DNA from: Laetmonice hystrix
Taxonomy: Eukaryota
Direction: 5' to 3'
Length of the DNA: 64,000 nucleotides
Assembly: GCA_965235115.1 (NCBI GenBank)
Contig: OZ249447.1
Location: 18,352,001-18,416,000 of the forward strand
Shown: one piece after another, positions 1-12,330 of the stretch
Layout: the number at the start of each line of letters is the position of its first letter
How positions within the stretch are numbered: the first letter of the stretch is position 1
Notes under the pieces: model-generated
Seen by the model: the letters and a program-made list of their open reading frames with translations, nothing else
What the model was told of the DNA's origin: nothing
Database searches by the model: none
Made by a program: the position numbers and the translations under genes

Positions 1-420
1 CGATAAGTTTCACTTATTCAGGGTCCAGGAGGTCCGAGTTGTTTCCAGTCATGTGTACCGTCATGGAGACACCATGATTGTACGGTAGGCCAAAGTTCAA
101 GGCTTGTCACTGAGGGATTTTTTAAAGCTAATTTTCATTTACCGCGCATCTGTACATAATAAAATGTATTATCAGCTTTAAAATTGCAACTTACATTGAC
201 GGAACGTTGGACGCTGCCAGAAGATGTTATGGGAATAGATTCGCGCCGCCCATAGCGTTGGTTGGTCTTGTGCAGACACTTGAGGTGGTGTTCACCAGTT
301 CCGGGAGTGTGCTCATCTAGAGAATGATATTTACATAATTCATCACACGCCTGTCCTCAAGATCTGATATCAATGACCATTGATTGGGTTGTCGGTCCTG
401 TTATCACATGGACCGTCACT

Positions 421-496
421 CAGTATGACGTAACATGTATCGTCAGTATGACGTAACATGCCGTATCATCAGTATGACGTAACATGACGTATCGTA
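421..496. repeat. Short tandem repeat, 3 copies of cagtatgacgtaacatg core (23-26 bp period)
   Basis: Direct inspection. Confidence 0.85.
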
Positions 497-3182
497 CTCA
501 ACAGCTTCCACCATTGTATATGGACAACTGCAGTGATAGGCAATGAGATATTCCATCACCAATTCATCACCAATTTAAATTTATGGGATTTTCTTCACGT
601 TGAATATATTGGTTATTCATTTTTGTAGGTCTCGATTTTTCAATCTGTATCACACCTTATCTTAGATATGGCGGTGGGGAAAACGATGTAGGAAACGATT
701 GAGGCCGTAAAGTAGCAGCCATCTGCAATGGTTGATTTGATGTCGTCTCGGGGCATGTGCCTGCCGATTGTTTGTGAGGTTGTGCACAGAATGCAGCAGC
801 TGAGACAACTGTAAGACGACTCTCAATCCATGCTGGGTAAACATAAAACAACAGTGGCGACTGGCCGACACGGGCGGGTGGGGCAGTTTGACTTGGGTGT
901 CAGTCACCCTGGGTCTGTACAGTAAGTGGAGTGAGGGGGTGGGGGGGCGTTCAGCTCTGGGAGTTCTTGGTTGGTGTTGGTTCCCAGCTGGCCACTTCAT
1001 GCAGCCAGGTGTTTTTAATTATGTAAGAGACGCTAGCCCCTTTTCCTTTCATGTCTTGGCCATTACTTTCTGAGATGTTTGGTAGATGTGAGTGGATAAA
1101 CAGCAATAGAACACGTTTCTCCACTTCATTTGGCTGATCGTATTTCCTCGTCAGACTGGTATGCTGTGTTGATTTCTTTGTGTCGATAATATTAGGAACC
1201 GGGAGTATCCAGTAATATTTAACAACCCGACGCTTGGTGCCTGTGATGAGGAACGTTGCAGTAATTTACACGAAATGTCGCAGATTTAATCAAATAGTGT
1301 AAACCTGTGGTTGTTTGATAAGAGAGCTCTTCACAGATGGCCCGCTACTCGTCATAGGGTGATGTCATAAATATTCATGTCTTATAGCCAGGTTTCGAGA
1401 GCAGGCTAATCGATGTTAGTATTCACATAGAAGTCCGCCCGTGCCATCTCCCTCGCCTCGCAGGACAACACTCGTATTGAATAGCAACAAATGGCATCAT
1501 TTTGTTTGGTTGGGGCCCTGAAACCTTATAGCTGCCGATTGCCTGGGGTTGCCATTGTCCAGAGTGTTTCTGAAGATGACAGAGCAAGTCCGGCACCTTA
1601 AAATACTGAACTCCCTATGAGAACCGTGAGACAGGAACGTGTCCCCCTACCTGTCAGACCAGATGTGGGCTGATATCGGGTCTCAGAATGAACCGTTGTC
1701 TTGGAAGGTCGAGTAGCAGATCTGGTCATACTGCAGGGATTCTGTGGCCAACATGATTTCATATAGTAGGATATGGAAGACTCGAGTAGGACGTGAACAT
1801 ACATGGCAGCGTGTTAGGGACCAGAGTGAGTCACATGATCACAGGTAGCGGTTAGCTCAGTGACGCTGCCCAGGCCTTTGCCTAAGCTCTTTCCAAACAA
1901 TCAACATTTTTAAGTGGATCCCTATATGATCCTGCGAGAAACAGTTTTGTGGAGAAAAAAAATATACCGCAAGCATACAGACTTGTTTGAGTAGGCCCAC
2001 GGCGTATGTAGTAGTCTGTAGCGCAAATTACAATAAGATTTTATGCAACCCCCAGTAGTTACTGAGGCTGGATCCATAGTCCTGAGCAATGAGTAGTACG
2101 GAAATAAAGAGTTAAGTTGCAACTGATTTATCATACTTAAAATAAGATTGAAGCCACCGTTGAAGGGAATGAATGCCTGTATAGAGCGGTAGGTAGTATT
2201 TAAATCTGCCGTTAAAGGTTACTTTAGAATCAGAAGTGTTTCACGTAAGCTACTTGTAACATCAGATTACCCAAGACGGCAGTGAGAGTGGTGATAATTA
2301 GTCAGGTATCAGAGACTGGTACAGGTGAGCTGCAGGTGCACAGCGTGTGAAAGCGGGAGGGCGAGCGATAAGTAGTAGAGGAATTGGGAGTGTTACTGTG
2401 TAGTTACGGCTAGAGCGGCGGATCCAGTAGCTTGTAAATGGAGGGAATATTGTAGGCCTTGAACCACTGCAGTAAGCTAACCGTCGGGTAAGGTGGGATA
2501 ACTACAAGTGATTTGGTGGCAGGATTACAGGTGAGTTACAACAAGTAGTAACGGAATCTGGGGTGTTTGAAGGCACTGCTCAGGTATGGTACCTGGAAGA
2601 GTCAGAATGTAGGTCAGTTCGTGAGTCATCACTCGGCTGGGTTTGACAATCAATGTTCGTTTAGTACAAGGAAGGCCAACATGTGTCACAAAGTACAGGC
2701 TCCCACCTGAGCACCATTTTTATACAGGTGTGACGCTCATAGGAAGAGCAGAAACATCAAAGGCTCGCAGTGCCTGGGTCAGTTCTTCTAATATTTTAGG
2801 AGTAGACATAGGACAGCTGTAGAAAAAACTTGTGATATGTGATGAGTCTTCCAGACTGTATGTGAGTGCGTTGGGGGAAGGGGGGGGGGGGGATTATGCA
2901 GCAATGTTTAAATCGGTCTCATATTAAAATATACACTTTTCACCACACGTTTGATATCTATTAATAATTTCTATATGTTGTATTAAGTGTTTTTCACTGG
3001 TGATATTATAATAACCATTATTCAACCATCTGTTTGAGAAGCTGTACGTTGGCGTAGCCAGTGTATACATGTACGGTGACTAATGCTCAACCAGAGCCGA
3101 TTATTATTCAACATGGACCCCTCGCATGAAGGCGAGTCCGACACGGCCAAGGTTGTGTAGATATTGGTTCACGTCTCTTTAA

Positions 3183-3217
3183 TCTAATTATCATCGTTCG
3201 TTTATTGCAGGGTGAGT
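3183..3217 (+). other. Fused 3'SS/5'SS with 1-nt exon (G at 3211), candidate recursive splice site
   Basis: tCTAAT branch-like motif, tcatcgttcgtttattgCAG, one G, then GTGAGT. Confidence 0.4.
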
Positions 3218-4165
3218 ACAGTATTCTCTGGATTACCGGAGGGGGCTGCAGGCCTTAGTGAATCCCTCAGGTGAGCAGCTCAATTCATCTCAATCTTAGA
3301 CGTTGGTCTCATGAGGTGGCGATCCCAGGATGATCCTCATGCGGCAGCACTGTGGATCACTGCACAGGATGATCCTTTAATGCGGCTTTACTCCAAGAGT
3401 ATTTCTAATGCTTCCCTATAATCTTGGACTTACGCCTAATTGGTCCATGCTTTTAAAGGGAAAGTAAAATACGTTAATGTGCAGAAAACATATATATTAT
3501 AACTCTTATTTTACTATGGATCTGGTTGTTGGTAAACATATCACAGATAAAATATTCATCTTTTACCTTAGGTACAAATATGATCGTTTTCCTGTGACTT
3601 TATTACAAAAAACAACAACAAAAAAACCTGGTAAAAGACGATCGTCCTTTTCAATTCATGGAAAAATATACCCAAAATGAATTTGTGTTTTAATGTGTTT
3701 CAAGACTGCAGATTTTTGAAATGTTTTTACTAGTTTGCCTTCTCTTAAGTCACCTTACCTTAAATAACTAGCTCTCTTTCTCCTAGATCGACCAAGTGAG
3801 CGACATTATTCGATATTTCGAATTCATCCAGTCAGTTTTAAACAGTTGGTATCAAGTCACAGACAGTTTGTATGATAATGATAAGATATACATTTGATGG
3901 TTACAACTTGGGACTTCAATTTTACTCAAGGAAAACAAATGGCGGAATTAGAATCTGGATGGGTGTGGGTCGATGTGCGGACCGGATGTTAGGACTTCCA
4001 CCTTGACCAGAGACTGGCCATAAGAGGTGACCCCGGGGTGCCAGGCTGATGACCGCTGGCCTGAGTGACTGGTGCCGAGAGGTGGACAGTGATGGTGACT
4101 GATGGGCTTCAGCAGGACGGTGACATGTAAACAGCTGCAGCAGCAGCCGTCGGGCGGGTGTGTTT

Positions 4166-4235
4166 GTGTACGCGTGCAGTGAGTGTACAGCTCCGCCGGG
4201 TGTGGGGGTGTACGCGTGCAGTGAGTGTACAGCTC
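4166..4235. repeat. Tandem duplication, 42-bp period, 28 bp identical core
   Basis: gtgtacgcgtgcagtgagtgtacagctc at 4166 and 4208. Confidence 0.9.
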
Positions 4236-4694
4236 GGCCGGAATGGGTCCACACTTTACCACACGGTGGCGCTGGCTGTCGACCAGCGCCCTCCGACTGC
4301 GAGAAACCCACACAGCATCATGGACTGGAGTAGGACAGTGGTGGATTGTGGAGGGAAAACGACATTTTAAAGGGGGTATGGGATGGAGATATATTTTTCT
4401 CTGTATAATATCTATGGGGAGTGACATGATCATTTCAGCCAGCATGTGCGCAATAGGTTTTAGTATTTATAATCACAATGCAAGCAAAAGCTAATGTTGG
4501 CTTGGCCTGGAGTGTCATACTGCAGGGGTAGCCCTAGAAGTGTATAGTGTTCCCCCACCCCGCCAAACTCGCGCTCTGCGGAGGACGCCCCTCCCGCCTG
4601 CCCCCAAACGGTTCTACCCCCCACCCCCGACCCCCACCCCCGTCAGCCCCCTTAGCCCCGGCCGGCCTGCCACCCAAGCCACACTATCTGTCAT

Positions 4695-5680
4695 ACCAAC
4701 GAGACTAGACAGACCGGAGGTCCAGCTCTCCCTGCCGGCAACATCTGAGAGAAATATGTACCTTATCAGGGGTAATAAATCTGACCAGGCCGCTGACCAC
4801 AGGCCAGTTCAGCACCACGTACCCTGCTGGGGCGGCACCCTTTGTACCCAGACCTGTTTTCAGACCAGAATAAAAATTTCCACATCCCCCATCAGACCCC
4901 TGACACAGTTAGAGATGGAGCTTGCCTTTTTCAGATAATCCAGCCTTTATTCCAGTGGTTTTTGTGTCATATATATTAAATCCTGACGTCAGCAACCTGG
5001 TTCAGATACTATATGACACCATAATCTAGCAGGAGATAGCTTAGTCAAGGGTTGTTAAGGGCAACTAGACGGGTGTTGGGCCACTTTTTGGCAAAGTAAG
5101 TAAATAGGTCAAGTTTTCCTTTCAAGATAACCTAAGTTTGTACCATGAAGCGATCAGTTTACGTCATATAATCGGGATCAGAATGAAGGAACAGGTAATT
5201 GCTTAACTCACTGCATTGGTAAATAAGACGTAAACAGATCGAAACACAGAGCAATTGTGCATTGATTTGAGAGTGTCTGAGAGGAGCTAACAAGGCGTGG
5301 GGGGGGGGGGGGCATAACAGAACTTCATGGCACTGCATCCTTCAAGGCCACATCACCAGTACTGATGCAGCACTATAGGGCCTAATAATAAAATAATAAT
5401 CCCTAATAGTACAAAAATCAGCAAGGATTGCAGGATCCACGAGGTGGACAGATCTGCTTCTATTGCCGTGGAGTGCAGATTCAGAATGAGATGCTCCCAT
5501 GTCATTCTGCTTGTGTAGAGGTTGTAACCTGAGCCTTGTTTGGTCCCTCCCAACCCCTCCTCACCCCTTTACTGGCGTTAGTTGGTAATCGTCTGTGACT
5601 AATTTGAAAACAAGCTCGGGTCTGGAGCCCCCAAAGAGGCCCAGCCGAGCTGGACCTCCGGTCTGTCTAGTCTCGTTGGT
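4695..5680. repeat. Perfect 34-bp inverted repeat pair (4695-4728 / 5647-5680)
   Basis: accaacgagactagacagaccggaggtccagctc and its exact reverse complement. Confidence 0.9.
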
Positions 5681-5799
5681 CATACGCTGAGCTGAAAGCA
5701 CAGGCTCACGGACCTTTCAGCCAGCTTGACGATGATGATAAGTTAGGAGTCTTTAAGATCAACGTCTGCAGTGTTGAGGATTCTGGTGGAAGGTCCGCC

Positions 5800-6330
5800 A
5801 GCATCTTCAGGAAGTAAGGTGTGTGCGCGGTGTGTGTGAGTGGCACAGCGTTGTGAATACCGTGGAGCTACCAATTCCCGGAGGTGAGCTTACAGAGCTC
5901 TACAAGAAGTGGTCTGGAAACTACCTAATCTACAGCAGTCAAGAGTTGAAGGTATTGGTCTATTGCTTTCATCAGGCACTAATATGAAACCCCGCAGTGT
6001 TCCACCGCGCAGTAGAGAACAGTTTGGTATCAGTTATGTTGCAGAAGTTGCCCAGAATTGGAGCACTGAATGATGTGTGAATTGTGTGTTTGCCAGTGTG
6101 ATCAGGAATCTGGTGGCAATGAGAGTCTGGGACCATCCCAGCAGTAATCCACCAAGCCACAGCCCGTTTTGGATCAGGACAAAAGGAGATAATTTCAATG
6201 ACCTCCAGCCCCACATTTATGGAGACAGAGGGGCGGGAGTAATATCCACTGACCATAACTCCCCTGGTTCCCCGTCAGCTAGCCATGTGACTAGGATAGG
6301 AATCACTGCTGGTTGGTGGGGGGTACTTTA
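5800..6330 (-). mobile_element. Degenerate LINE APE-endonuclease remnant
   Basis: Minus-strand peptides RGTRGVMVSGYY (RGGGV-like), VGLEVIEI, ILGNFCNI (GDFN-like), RPIPSTLDCC (PTR..TLDL-like) in the expected order with stops. Confidence 0.5.
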
Positions 6331-7218
6331 GCAATGGAGGGGTGGCTATAATATAACGGGTAGGGGGTGTGAGTGTGAAGGAGGGCAATGTTAGGATTCC
6401 AACCAGTATTTATGGCAAAGGGGTGCAGGCACCGGGCCAGTGGAGGAGGGCTGAAAACGTGGGTAGATCACTCACTCATTACAGGCTCGTTCCAAGTGGG
6501 GCAGCTGTCTCCTACCTGGACGCTGGCTACAGCTTTACCTGTGGATGGCCCCTTGCTGATGAGCTACAGATGTGGGTGGTTGGACCGGTGAGAAGGAGGA
6601 TGGCGGGATGGTGCCAGGGGAAGAAGATGAGGAGAGAGGAGAGATCAGGTGCATGGGTGTGGCCCACTGCCCCGGCTGCCTGGCTGGCTGGCTCAGTGGC
6701 TGCCCGGAGCAAGGCCAGTCCATCTACTACCTCATCAGTAAATTTAACAAACTAGGGGAAACCCACGATCTTGTTAACCTGAGACATCACAGGGAATGTC
6801 TTACATTACACCGGGCATGTCTTAGGGGCTGACTAACTGTTCATTTCAACACTCTCTCTCGCAAGATAAAAGGGTAGCAAACTGGAAAGATATGCTTCAC
6901 TCAGATCTTCAGCTACGGACACCCCAACGCCAAACCCAACCCATGACATATATATCCATGTGACCCTCATACACAGTGGGGCCACATGTATATGTCAGTC
7001 ACATGATGGGTTTCGCCCGGCCAGGTTAAAGCCTAAGGTCGTCACGCACAACCCGAGGTGCCTGGTTACCTTTGGGCTACCAGTGAACCCCACCCACCAA
7101 CACTGATGTCTATAATCCCCAGTTTGGATTGTTCTCGTAAATCGTAATTTGCAGATTTTAAATTCGGTGGCGACTTATCCATGCGCAAGTCGCCGTGGTG
7201 TGGAGGTGGGACGGCGAG

Positions 7219-7719
7219 CCCTCACTCTGTGAGATATGTGTCAATGAAGCCGGGGGGGGGGACTGGTGGCCCTCACTCTGTGAGATATGTGTCAATGAAG
7301 CCGGGGGGAACTGGTGGCCCTCACTCTGTGTGAGATGTGTCAATGAAGCCGGGGGGGAACTGTGAGATATGTGTCAATGAAGCCGGAGGGGAACTGGTGG
7401 CTCTCACTCTGTGAGATATGTGTCAATGAAGCCGGAGGGGAACTGGTGGCCCTCACTCTGTGAGACATGTGTCAATGAAGCCGGAGGGGGACGGGTGGTC
7501 CTCACTCTGTGAGATATGTGTCAATGAAGCCGGGGGAACTAGTGGCCCTCACTCTGTGAGATATGTGTCAATGAAGCCGGAGGGGAACTGTGAGATATGT
7601 GTCAATGAAGCCGGGGGGGAGAACTGGTGGCCCTCACTCTAATATGTGTCAATCCGGAGGGGAACTGGTGGCCCTCACTCTGTGAGATATGTGTCAATGA
7701 AGCCGGAGGGGAACTGGTG
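7219..7719. repeat. Minisatellite, 49-bp unit, about 11 full or truncated units
   Basis: Unit ccctcactctgtgagatatgtgtcaatgaagccggaggggaactggtgg. Confidence 0.95.
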
Positions 7720-8541
7720 TTGATGTCCCGCTGACGTGTGGGTGTGTTACCATGATCTGTTGTCAACAGGCCGGGAGTTTGGGTGGGGGGCCGGGACCCC
7801 AGGCGCTGGCCGACCGGCCTGGGGAGCTGGCCGGGAGCGGCGTCCTGAGGCCTGGCCCCGGGGACTTTTACCCCACGGCTCCTTTACCCAACCCCCTCCC
7901 CTAGCACAGCCCGCCCGCCAGACACCCATTCAGGGGGCTGCACAAGATTGTCAGGCATGCGCCATGTGTGTTAGTGTGTGCAGAGGGCCGCAGTTCCTGT
8001 GTCCTACATGATATTGATAACGCCTTTGAAATATAACGGGAAAGGGGTTATACAGGGGTTATAAAGGAGGAAAAATGGCGCTTCGTCGTGCTCACAATAG
8101 GATCATTACCAACTTAAAAGGTTACTTATTATGATGTCAGATCATGTCAAAGACATGTCAAAGAAATCAAGGCTCAGTTATTCCTGGTATCGAGTTTCTC
8201 ATTAAACTTTTGAAAATGTTAACATTTATGACACAGCATTGCCTTTATTAAGTTTAAAAAGAAAAAGATTAATGCAATGGGGTAATGTAAGTAAAAGAAG
8301 AAGTACATGTATATGCACACGATGTCAGCTTGAGGAATGAAGATGAAAACCTGAGTCAGAATTTGACATCTTAGCACAGAATAGTGAGTTGGAGAGGATC
8401 AAGATTCCTGAAACCCAAACTGACGGTATTGTATTTCTTTGAAGAAAAAAAAAGAGAACAAAAATAGTCAAAGTCATTCATGACATGGCAACACAAGTGT
8501 GGTTGAGTACATGTGTACTCGTTTCTAGCCGATAAGTAATC

Positions 8542-9323
8542 GTATTGTAACACACCGGTTGTAGCGGTATCCCGACATTTGGTCACAAGACATTTGGTCA
8601 CAAGACATTTTGTCACAAAGTGAAAGGGGCGACTTTTTGTGAAAGGGGGCGACATTTAGTCACAAAATTATTGCAGTAAAAATCTAGAAAAATAGGATTT
8701 TTGCAACAATTGAACTTTATTCAAGTGAAGAGAAATTACTGGCACAAGGTCTTCAGTCTCTGCTGAAGCTCAATGTCCAGTTTGCGTGTACGCTAATTCA
8801 TTTTGTCAACTTGTCAACTGTCACTTTTAAATGTTAAGTCTTCGACTTCAATTTTCGTGGTCAGTGTGGTTTACAATTCAATGCCCACTTTCAAATATTA
8901 AGTGGGCAAACACTCATCAATCTCTTCGAGTGATCTTCAATTTTACTGGTCAGTGGGTGGGTGGGTGGGTATTTGGGGTTTTACGCCTTGCAACAGCCAG
9001 GGTCATATCACGGCGGTGAAGATGAGATGAAAGTCAGTTTTTCTTGGTGGAGGAAACCGGAGTACCCGGAGGAAACCACCGACCTTCGGGAAGGAACTGA
9101 CTGACAAACCTTTCACACATGCAGCCCAGGCCGGGAATCGAACCCGGGTCGCAGCGGTGTGAGGCGATGGTCCTAGGTGTCATGATGGAGCTGGTTTACA
9201 GGTCTACAAATTATGCTGTGACCAAATGTCGCACCCATCACCTTGTGACCAAAGGTCCTGTGACCATGATGTCCTGCGACCTAGGACGTCCTGGGACCAA
9301 ATGTCGTCCGGTTGTAGCAATAC
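8542..9323. mobile_element. MITE/foldback-like element with inverted subterminal gacatttggtcaca repeats; contains a nested SINE
   Basis: Tandem gacatttggtcaca copies at about 8574-8670 and inverted tgtgaccaaatgtc copies at about 9215-9306; imperfect inverted ends gtattg..accgg. Confidence 0.6.
8953..9178 (-). mobile_element. tRNA-derived SINE with V/Meta-like central domain, 5' truncated
   Basis: Minus strand: box B gggttcgattcccgg, body ggtttcctccgggtactccggtttcctcc, (cacc)n tail. Confidence 0.75.
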
Positions 9324-9699
9324 AAAGTCAGTCCAGTGGTAACGCTGGCTCTGGCATTCAGCAATGTCTATCAGCAGTCAGGAACCACAAGAAGGGGCAC
9401 GGAAGGGAGGTGTAGTGTCGAGTACAAAATTCGCATGAGGAGTTACATTTGCCAGGCTGCCTCCTTCCTCATTCCATGCACGATCCCAGCGGTGACTGCC
9501 GGTGCCATCGTTGCCATGACAGTGTCCTCCCGTAACCGGTGCTGGGTCGGGATGATGGCGCCTTAATTTACAGCGTCACGTAATGAACACCCAACCTTCG
9601 GCACCTGCACACCCATAGGTGTCAGGGCACCATGTGCTTCCTGCCCAACCTATACTACCAATACATGGGTTCTGCTCCGCCAAGGTCATAATGAAAGTC

Positions 9700-10145
9700 G
9701 CCACACGCCTGCATGGCCTTGCTCAGTCCCGCATTAGGTACAAATTACCCATGTTGAGCAGCATCTTCTTGACAGAGGTCTTTTTTTTTTATCCTGTCGT
9801 ATACATCTGAGAGCCTGGGGTGATTCGGCTTCGGTAGGCGAGACAGGCGTCACCAAAGACCGTTATTATTGCAAGGCTGTGGTAAGCATCCCACAGAGCC
9901 CCTCTTTTCACATCAGGCCATTTCTCCAGGGATATCTGTAATACGGCAAGAATGCTGTAAGGTTAGGTAAGTGTCAATGGAGATGAAGCACCAATCTGAA
10001 GGCGTAATTCCTGTAATGAATGGCCAAATTCCCGAGGAAGATTGCAAAATGTGGTTTTTGGTTTGTATGGAGTATGAATGGATCGGAGTAACGTTCGAAT
10101 TAACGTTGTAAAGTTAGAAATACTTATACCTGATTCTGATGTCAT
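9700..10145 (-). mobile_element. Possible L1/Tx1-like ORF2 C-terminal remnant
   Basis: TLLRSIHT..TTFCNLPREFGHSL and IITVFGDACLAYRSR loosely resemble the zinc-knuckle C-terminus; interrupted by stops. Confidence 0.3.
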
Positions 10146-11046
10146 ATTTGGTTCACGGTTTCCGTTCTGACATCACGGAATTTTAGCTTTCATCGCGCTA
10201 AGTTAGGAATGTAGTCCACGGGTTTGGTTATCTCATTGATATAGGTCAGAGTATTCTACACTGGTTGGTCTGACATTGGTTTTAGTTCTCAGGGGGTCAA
10301 GTCACAAGGGGATAAACCCGCCATATTTTAGTTATTGTATCATGTTTCCCATCTGCCCATTATTTCTCCATTTGTTTATTTCGGATCATGATTTGCGATC
10401 TAGTTTTTCATGTGACCCTCTCTGGCATCACGGATTTAAGCTTGAAGTCTAAATGTAGGTTTAAAATGGTGGATTGCGTGGGCCTCCTTCTCTGGATGTG
10501 TGGCTGAATTTGATTGGGTTACTGGTGAAACCCTGCAGGCTACAATCAGCCGGGGCAAGGTTGGGCACGGCTTGAGAGGAACCATATGTTGTCGACCAGC
10601 CATTAGTGTTATGAGTTTCAAATCATGGCCGGTATATATACACATGGATGGGGTCCATAGGCCACCACAACCCAGCACCACCCCACCCCAGCAGCGCCAG
10701 CACCACCGCCAGCACCACCGGCCATGACCTGGCTGATGGCTGAGCAGGGGTCAGTGTTACGGCCCTGCAAACCCGAGAACGAACTGGCCAACCAACCAGT
10801 CAGTGTTGTGTTGGTGCTGACTGGCTCAGTCGTCTGAGGAAGCTGCTGCCATCCCTCACGGTACATTGAACAACCAGACGGCGATTGGGAAGAGCCAACT
10901 GGTTCAGCATCCATGCTGTTCGGGCGCTCACCCCGGTATATCCCCCCGTGGTAACTTAACCCCCACGAAATTTGGTCAGAAGTAAAGATCCATAGCCCTG
11001 ACCTTATCCCTTACCCCTAACCCGGACCCCTACACGTCCCAAAAAC

Positions 11047-11083
11047 ATATCCCTATCCTATCCCTATCCCTATCCCTATCCCT
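11047..11083. repeat. (TATCCC)n microsatellite
   Basis: About 6 copies, preceded by cccctaaccc-type motifs. Confidence 0.8.
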
Positions 11084-11699
11084 GACCTTTCTCATGCAAT
11101 ATCTGCGGTACCTATGGTCGAGTCGGAGTACTGTTTTGTTGGCTGCGCTCAAACCTAATTCACAGATTTCTCTAGGGTGCTTGGCAGGGTTCCTTCTCAC
11201 ACTCAGGGGGGTTCTGATAGGCCGTAATTACTGCCACCTGCCAGTTAATGCTGTGAGGTGCTGACTAAAGTTGATGAAGCACTGTAAGTAATAAGAGTGG
11301 CCACCAGGGGAGATTTGTATGGACTTAATATCTGACCCCCCCCCCTCGTGATTTTATAAGGTTTCTCGGTACTTTAGAGGATGCTGACCTGAAGGGGTTT
11401 GTTGATAAGGGCTCACAAGATTTGGGATGGATTTTCCAGATATTTGCAGTTCAAGTCATGTGGAGTCTCTGAAACTAGTGTGAAAGAGGTTCAAAATTTG
11501 CTTCTTTTAAAAATACTTTTAATATTACTGGAAGGAAATGAGGTCTTTGCAGTGTACCAGACAAAAAGGGAAGAAAAGGTCACGCTTTTGTAGGGAGAAT
11601 ATCGGTGTGTAGATCTCTACGCTTAACTTGGTGCTATAAGTGGCTCAGCTGGAAAAGTCCGATTTCAGATCTCCACTGACTGACTCAGCCAAAGGTAGA

Positions 11700-12330
11700 T
11701 TAGATATTGGTGCGGTGACCAACTTGTGGCGCCATGAGACGGTTTTCATGAGTCTCCTCACGGGGTGCGTACCGTCAAGATGGCTCAGATTGTGGTCATG
11801 GATACCGCCGCCTTACCAACACGAGACCGGGACCGGGTGATTGCTGGCCGATATTATCACGGGTATTGGGTGGATATAGTTTCAGCACGGTTTGGAGAAC
11901 TCTGTGAAGTGTAAGCAATGGCGATTTCATTGTCCTAAATTGAAAGATGATCGCCAGGCCTATTGGTGGTATCATGGCAAGCGAGAAAAAGACCTCTACT
12001 CACTTGTGAATTGTGAATTAAGTGTGGACTGTAGGCGGATTTATACAAGAAAGCTTGTTGTGAGGATGGCGGATGGGGGGTGTATTATAAATTCCATAAT
12101 TTGAAAGCCATTCTCAATCTCCATTTTTGTAGCATGTTGCGAAACTGTTATTAAAGCTAAAGCCCTTTAGGTATATGGCAGCGTACCACTTCCTTCATTA
12201 TTACAATTTTGCTGCATATTGTGGAACCGTTCTGTCAAGCGATTTTCCATCAAGTACACATTATGACTAAACCGTTTAGGGAAGCCACTCGCCATTATCA
12301 GTTGGAAGCTGTTGTGAGACTGTTTTAGGG
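11700..12330 (-). mobile_element. Possible Gypsy integrase remnant
   Basis: ENRLTERFHN (NGLVERFHR-like), YNTPPSA (YNSTPHS-like), PGPGLVLVR; highly degenerate. Confidence 0.3.
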
